Source of the DNA: an uncultured Thiotrichales bacterium | GTDB taxonomy: Bacteria > Pseudomonadota > Gammaproteobacteria > CAIRSR01 | Assembly: GCA_963923745.1 (NCBI GenBank) | Contig: CAWUNB010000001.1 | Span: 1-29,924 of the forward strand | Length of the DNA: 29,924 bases | Direction: 5' to 3' | Shown here: one piece after another, positions 26,288-29,924 of the stretch | How the letters are laid out: the number at the start of each line of letters is the position of its first letter | Numbering within the stretch: position 1 is the first letter of the stretch | The notes under the pieces: generated by a model | What the model was told of the DNA's origin: nothing | Database searches by the model: none | Seen by the model: only the letters and a program-made list of their open reading frames with translations | Made by a program: the position numbers and the translations under genes

Positions 26288-27033
26288 TTAGGTGGAGAAG
26301 ACTGTTGATAGCGCTGATGGAGAGTCAACACACGCTCCACATACAGAGTGGTTTCTGGATAGGGAGGAACATCCCCATAGCGGCTTACGGCTCCTTCCCC
26401 AGCGTTGTAAGCAGCCACTACCCGGCGCAGATCATGACCAAATAGCACCAATAAATCCCGTAAATAGTGAACCCCACCGTAAACGTTGTCAGTAGGGTTG
26501 AAGGTATCCTGCACTCCGTAACGACGGGCAGTGTCAGGCATAAGCTGCATCAAGCCAATGGCTCCCTTAGGAGAAACAGCTTGAGGATTAAAAGCGCTCT
26601 CCGCCTGAATTACGGCCCGTACCAGAGCCGGATCGACCTGATAGGCTTGAGCTGCTTCAGTGACTAATTGCTCGTACGGCGAGGAAAGCAAACTCACTGA
26701 AGAATGACTCACCAAGGGAGCTTGCAGCACTAATTGGTAGCGGCTCTCGGTGGTACTCGGAACGTTAGTGAAGTGGCGTACCCCTTGAGCGTCTTGGTAG
26801 GCATAAATACGGGTAGGGGTTACCGGGGGGGGGGTTGACGAAATCGGTGTTGGAGAAGTAACACGCTCTAATTGTCCAAGGGTTCGAGCTTTAGGAATAG
26901 GGACATTACTAATATTCAGTACCCCATTGCGATCCCGAAATACTCGGATATCTCCTCCTGCCACCACTGAGTTGGTGCAGAGTAGAGCAACCACTGTTAC
27001 CCTTATTCCCCAAGTGAACCGGGAATAATTCAC
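26284..27033 (-). CDS. Lytic transglycosylase (SLT domain) with two DUF4124-like N-terminal modules
   Basis: AVIQAESAFNPQAVSPKGAIGLMQLMP, AAYNAGEGAV, ETTLYVERV; the modules are IRVFRDRNGVLNISNVP and IYAYQDAQGVRHFTNVP. Confidence 0.92.
   Translation of the reverse strand: MNYSRFTWGIRVTVVALLCTNSVVAGGDIRVFRDRNGVLNISNVPIPKARTLGQLERVTSPTPISSTPPPVTPTRIYAYQDAQGVRHFTNVPSTTESRYQLVLQAPLVSHSSVSLLSSPYEQLVTEAAQAYQVDPALVRAVIQAESAFNPQAVSPKGAIGLMQLMPDTARRYGVQDTFNPTDNVYGGVHYLRDLLVLFGHDLRRVVAAYNAGEGAVSRYGDVPPYPETTLYVERVLTLHQRYQQSSPPK
26825..26834. repeat. G10 homopolymer in the transglycosylase linker
   Basis: Ten consecutive G (C10 on the coding strand, encoding TPPP); the longest homopolymer I noticed in the window. 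Confidence 0.85.
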
Positions 27034-28025
27034 TGATTAATCCGCCATGGATCCACAATCACCCTGCCCTGAATACCACCACTGAGTATTTTTGCCACGT
27101 AATGGGGAAGATCGTCTAAACAGACTTCTATTGCCAAAGAAGCCAAACCAGCAGGTCGCCACATTCCCGCCAGGTTTTGCCACACGGTTAGGCGATCCCC
27201 TTGGGGGCATTCCACACTATCAATGCCCAACAAACTAACTCCCCGGAGAATGAAGGGGTAGACGGTTAAGGATAATTCAGGGGATGCGGCCAGACCACAG
27301 GCAGCCACTGCGCCGCCGTAGCGAGTCCCTTTGAGGGCAGCAGCTAACATCGTCCCTCCCACGGTATCCACCGCACCAGCCCAGCGGCCCTTAAACAAAG
27401 GACGGCTGGGATCATCGGCCAAAGCTTCGCGCCCCACCACTTCAGCCGCTCCGAGGGATAATAACCAGTCGCGGCTAGAGCCTTTGCCGCTGACAGCGAT
27501 GACCCGATAGCCCAACTTAGCTAACAACGCTACTGCTACACTACCTACCCCACCACTGGCACCAGTAACCAGAACTTCGTCGCCTTCAGGTAACCCTGCC
27601 TGGCGTAATCGAGTAACAGCAAGGGCAGCAGTAAAGCCTGCCGTACCGTAAATCATGGCTTCTCGCAGGGATAATCCGTTGGGAAGGGGAACCAGCCAGT
27701 TGGCAGGAACTCGGACGTAGCCAGCCCACCCCCCAAAAGTGTTCATTCCCAAATCATGACCAGTAATGATGACCTCGCTACCTTCCTGGAAACCGGCAAT
27801 CACAGTACCCGCCCCATCTATTCCCGGAGTGTGGGGATAACGGCGGGTGATTCCTCGATGACCAGTAGCAGATAGGGCATCCTTGTAATTCAGAGAAGAC
27901 CAGGCAACTCTCACCAGTACTTCGTGGGGTGGTAGATCTTCCAGGGCCTGCTCTTCTACGCTCTGCTGAATGCTTCCATCCGCTGTTTCCTTCACCCGTA
28001 AGGCCCGAAACCGTTGCTCAACCAT
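27030..28025 (-). CDS. yhdH: YhdH/YhfP-family MDR oxidoreductase (AcuI-like)
   Basis: WSSLNYKDAL, YPHTPGIDGAG, GTAGFTAAL, VLVTGASGGVGS, WAGAVDTVGG, PFILRGVSLLGIDSV. Confidence 0.9.
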   Translation of the reverse strand: MVEQRFRALRVKETADGSIQQSVEEQALEDLPPHEVLVRVAWSSLNYKDALSATGHRGITRRYPHTPGIDGAGTVIAGFQEGSEVIITGHDLGMNTFGGWAGYVRVPANWLVPLPNGLSLREAMIYGTAGFTAALAVTRLRQAGLPEGDEVLVTGASGGVGSVAVALLAKLGYRVIAVSGKGSSRDWLLSLGAAEVVGREALADDPSRPLFKGRWAGAVDTVGGTMLAAALKGTRYGGAVAACGLAASPELSLTVYPFILRGVSLLGIDSVECPQGDRLTVWQNLAGMWRPAGLASLAIEVCLDDLPHYVAKILSGGIQGRVIVDPWRINQ

Positions 28026-28046
28026 TACGTTCCCCCTTATTAAACT

Positions 28047-28067
28047 GATATTACTGGGACTAATATC
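28047..28067. promoter_or_regulatory. Dyad GATATTA-N7-TAATATC in the divergent yhdH/HTH-gene promoter
   Basis: Perfect 7 bp inverted repeat in a 93 bp divergent intergenic region. Confidence 0.35.
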
Positions 28068-28118
28068 GAAACTGTTTCCTGAGCAACGACTCCTGCCCCA
28101 CGACTACGGAGAATCACT

Positions 28119-28559
28119 ATGAGCCGATTGGTTAACCTTGCTGCTGCAGCCCGTTCGTTGGATATTGGCCGTGCCGAACTACAGGAACTCATCAAGCAGG
28201 GTGAAATTGCTACTTTTGAAGGCCGTGTTGACCTGGCCAAATTGGAAGAGATCTATCCTAACCTGGCCTTGCAAAACCAAAATAAATTACTGGAACGGAC
28301 TCAACTGCTTAAAGACACTGCTTTCGGGCGACGTATCCAGGAAGTAACCGCCACGCCTTCTAGCGAAGATCTGTCTAGCCAGGTGCGTCGACTCACTGCC
28401 GAGCTGGACATTGAGCGGGCCCGTAGCCGCAAGTACCGCAGTATTGTCCAAGAATTAGCAGAAGAACTGACTCTGCTCCATCGTCACTGTAGTAACTCAG
28501 AGCAGCGAAGCGTCTATGCCGAGCTGCGAACCAGTCTATTGCAGCGCATAACGGCATAG
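28119..28559 (+). CDS. Hypothetical protein with an N-terminal excisionase/MerR-like HTH and a coiled coil
   Basis: LVNLAAAARSLDIGRAELQELIKQGEIATFEGRV resembles a winged HTH; the heptad-rich C-terminus suggests a coiled coil; GGAG SD upstream. Confidence 0.65.
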   Translation: MSRLVNLAAAARSLDIGRAELQELIKQGEIATFEGRVDLAKLEEIYPNLALQNQNKLLERTQLLKDTAFGRRIQEVTATPSSEDLSSQVRRLTAELDIERARSRKYRSIVQELAEELTLLHRHCSNSEQRSVYAELRTSLLQRITA

Positions 28560-28566
28560 TACCGCG

Positions 28567-29190
28567 CTAGGAATTGGCCCGTAATGTGGGCCAAGCCGCC
28601 CGCAGGTAAACCAGCATCGACCACAAAGTTAAAAAGGCTGCTAAGTACAATAAGGCTACACCCATTTCCCAGACAGGAAGGCCCAGCCATTCTTCCCGAT
28701 AGAGCAGCATCAGCAGAGCGATCATTTGCACCGTAGTTTTAATCTTTCCCAGGTTTGACACCCTGACCCGGGTTCGCTCTCCCACAATAGCCATCCATTC
28801 CCGCAGCGCAGAAACCGTAATTTCCCGCCCAATGATGATGGCCGCTGCCACTGCTATCCAGGGTGAATGGGCCCGTTCTACGATAAGTACTAACGCCACT
28901 GCTACCATCAGTTTGTCGGCCACAGGATCCAAAAATGTCCCGAAAGCCGAAATTTGGGCCAAACGCCGAGCCATGTAACCATCCAGCCAGTCCGTTATCG
29001 CCGCTAATCCAAACAAAGCTGTGGAAAGTAAATGCGCTCCGGGAAAAGAGGAGTAAAACACCATCACCAAGGCCGGAATCAGGGCAATACGCAGCCAAGT
29101 GAGGAGGTTGGGAATGTTGACGGAAAAATGAGGAGGATCGACGGGATGTGAGGCGGGCACGGAATCGTCCAGCGGCGCCTCGCTAGGCAA
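28567..29190 (-). CDS. pgsA: CDP-diacylglycerol--glycerol-3-phosphate 3-phosphatidyltransferase
   Basis: NIPNLLTWLRI, ITDWLDGYMARR...FGTFLDPVADK CDP-alcohol phosphotransferase motif, REITVSALRE, GKIKTTVQM; downstream of uvrC. The start is uncertain (TTG). Confidence 0.95.
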   Translation of the reverse strand: MPSEAPLDDSVPASHPVDPPHFSVNIPNLLTWLRIALIPALVMVFYSSFPGAHLLSTALFGLAAITDWLDGYMARRLAQISAFGTFLDPVADKLMVAVALVLIVERAHSPWIAVAAAIIIGREITVSALREWMAIVGERTRVRVSNLGKIKTTVQMIALLMLLYREEWLGLPVWEMGVALLYLAAFLTLWSMLVYLRAAWPTLRANS

Positions 29191-29196
29191 CCGGCT

Positions 29197-29924
29197 CTAA
29201 TGGGGATGGAGGACATCGTAGATACGTTCAGCCAATAACCGGCTGATACCGGGTACGCCAGCCAACTCCGCTACCCCGGCTCCCTTGACCTCTTGTAATC
29301 CACCAAAATGGCCAAGAACCTGCCGACGCCGCTTGGGACCAAGCCCTGGAATCATCTCCAAAACGGATGAGGGCCGAACTTTAGCCCGCCGCTGGCGGTG
29401 CCCGCTGATAGCGAAGCGATGAGCCTCATCACGTACTTGCTGGATAAGATGCAGGGCCGGCGAAGTGTCCGGGAGTATAGTAGCCCCCCCGGTACCGGAC
29501 AAGAACAAAACCTCTTGCCCTGGACGACGAGTAGTTCCTTTAGCCACTCCAATTAGGGTTATTCCTGTTATCTGGAAAGCAGTTAGTACCTGCTGAGCCA
29601 TTGTTAATTGGCCTCTTCCTCCATCAATTAATAGTACTTCCGGTAATTTTTCTCCTTTCTGCAGCAGTAGCTGATAATGGCGTGTAATAGCCACTTCCAT
29701 TGCCGCAAAATCGTCACCAGGAGTAATATTATTAATATTAAAGCGACGATAATCACTTTTAATCGGACCCGCTTGGTTAAAAACAACACAAGCGGCTACA
29801 GTTGCTTCCCCATGACTATGGCTAACATCAAAACATTCTATTCGTTGAGGTACAGTAGTTAAATTTAGAGCTTTCTTTAATAATTGAAAGCGGACCTCTA
29901 GTTGATCTCGTTTACCTAATCGCT
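29197..29924 (-). CDS. uvrC: Excinuclease ABC subunit C, 5' part outside the window
   Basis: The frame stays open from the window end: RIECFDVSHSHGEATVAACVVF...LLIDGGRGQL...VRDEAHRFAI and HhH motif IPGLGPKRR. The ORF track begins at an internal Met (29700). Confidence 0.96.
   Translation of the reverse strand, partial: RLGKRDQLEVRFQLLKKALNLTTVPQRIECFDVSHSHGEATVAACVVFNQAGPIKSDYRRFNINNITPGDDFAAMEVAITRHYQLLLQKGEKLPEVLLIDGGRGQLTMAQQVLTAFQITGITLIGVAKGTTRRPGQEVLFLSGTGGATILPDTSPALHLIQQVRDEAHRFAISGHRQRRAKVRPSSVLEMIPGLGPKRRRQVLGHFGGLQEVKGAGVAELAGVPGISRLLAERIYDVLHPH

Noticed and set aside
994-29862. Many short ORFs in the track overlapping called genes (e.g. 994-1263, 1821-2048, 2983-3258, 4074-4355, 7115-7510, 7737-8129, 12915-13328, 14750-15076, 18656-19039, 21112-21468, 24432-24740, 28739-29098, 29677-29862)
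   Set aside because: They are antisense or alternate-frame shadows of well-supported genes and show no family motifs.
1-29924. CRISPR array, rRNA, tRNA, prophage or intact IS
   Set aside because: I saw no regularly spaced repeats, structural RNA signatures, phage genes, integrase or complete transposase.

Overview
A roughly 30 kb core-genome window from a probable sulfur-oxidizing gammaproteobacterium, inferred from the tusA, dsrE2, lbpA and lipS1-like genes plus gammaproteobacterial-type housekeeping genes. From the left it holds a sulfur-relay/lipoate module (tusA-dsrE2-lbpA-lipS1-like radical SAM gene, cut by the window edge) directly behind rpmH-rnpA-yidD-yidC. A tnpB remnant and mtnB sit where dnaA normally lies. 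Next come an Amt transporter with a candidate NtrC/sigma54 promoter, a Bax-like glucosaminidase and a hybrid histidine kinase whose HPt domain survives only as an out-of-frame remnant. These are followed by scpB, a TPR protein, an octaheme HAO-family cytochrome c, a methyltransferase, a nitroreductase and an orphan ccoS. The right half has a Cache-domain chemoreceptor, a motif-degenerate Hsp70-like protein, rnd, a secreted alpha/beta hydrolase, an internally deleted Uma2 pseudogene, copA and ispA. It ends with a diguanylate cyclase under a candidate FNR/CRP-type promoter, a GT-C-like membrane protein, a lytic transglycosylase, a YhdH/AcuI oxidoreductase, an HTH-like hypothetical, pgsA and partial uvrC. 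Four regions missing from the ORF track were read by hand: the lipS1-like gene, rpmH, the HPt remnant and the Uma2 remnant. Many normally conserved gene neighbourhoods are broken. No rRNA, tRNA or CRISPR array was found. All family assignments come from motif recognition without database searches.
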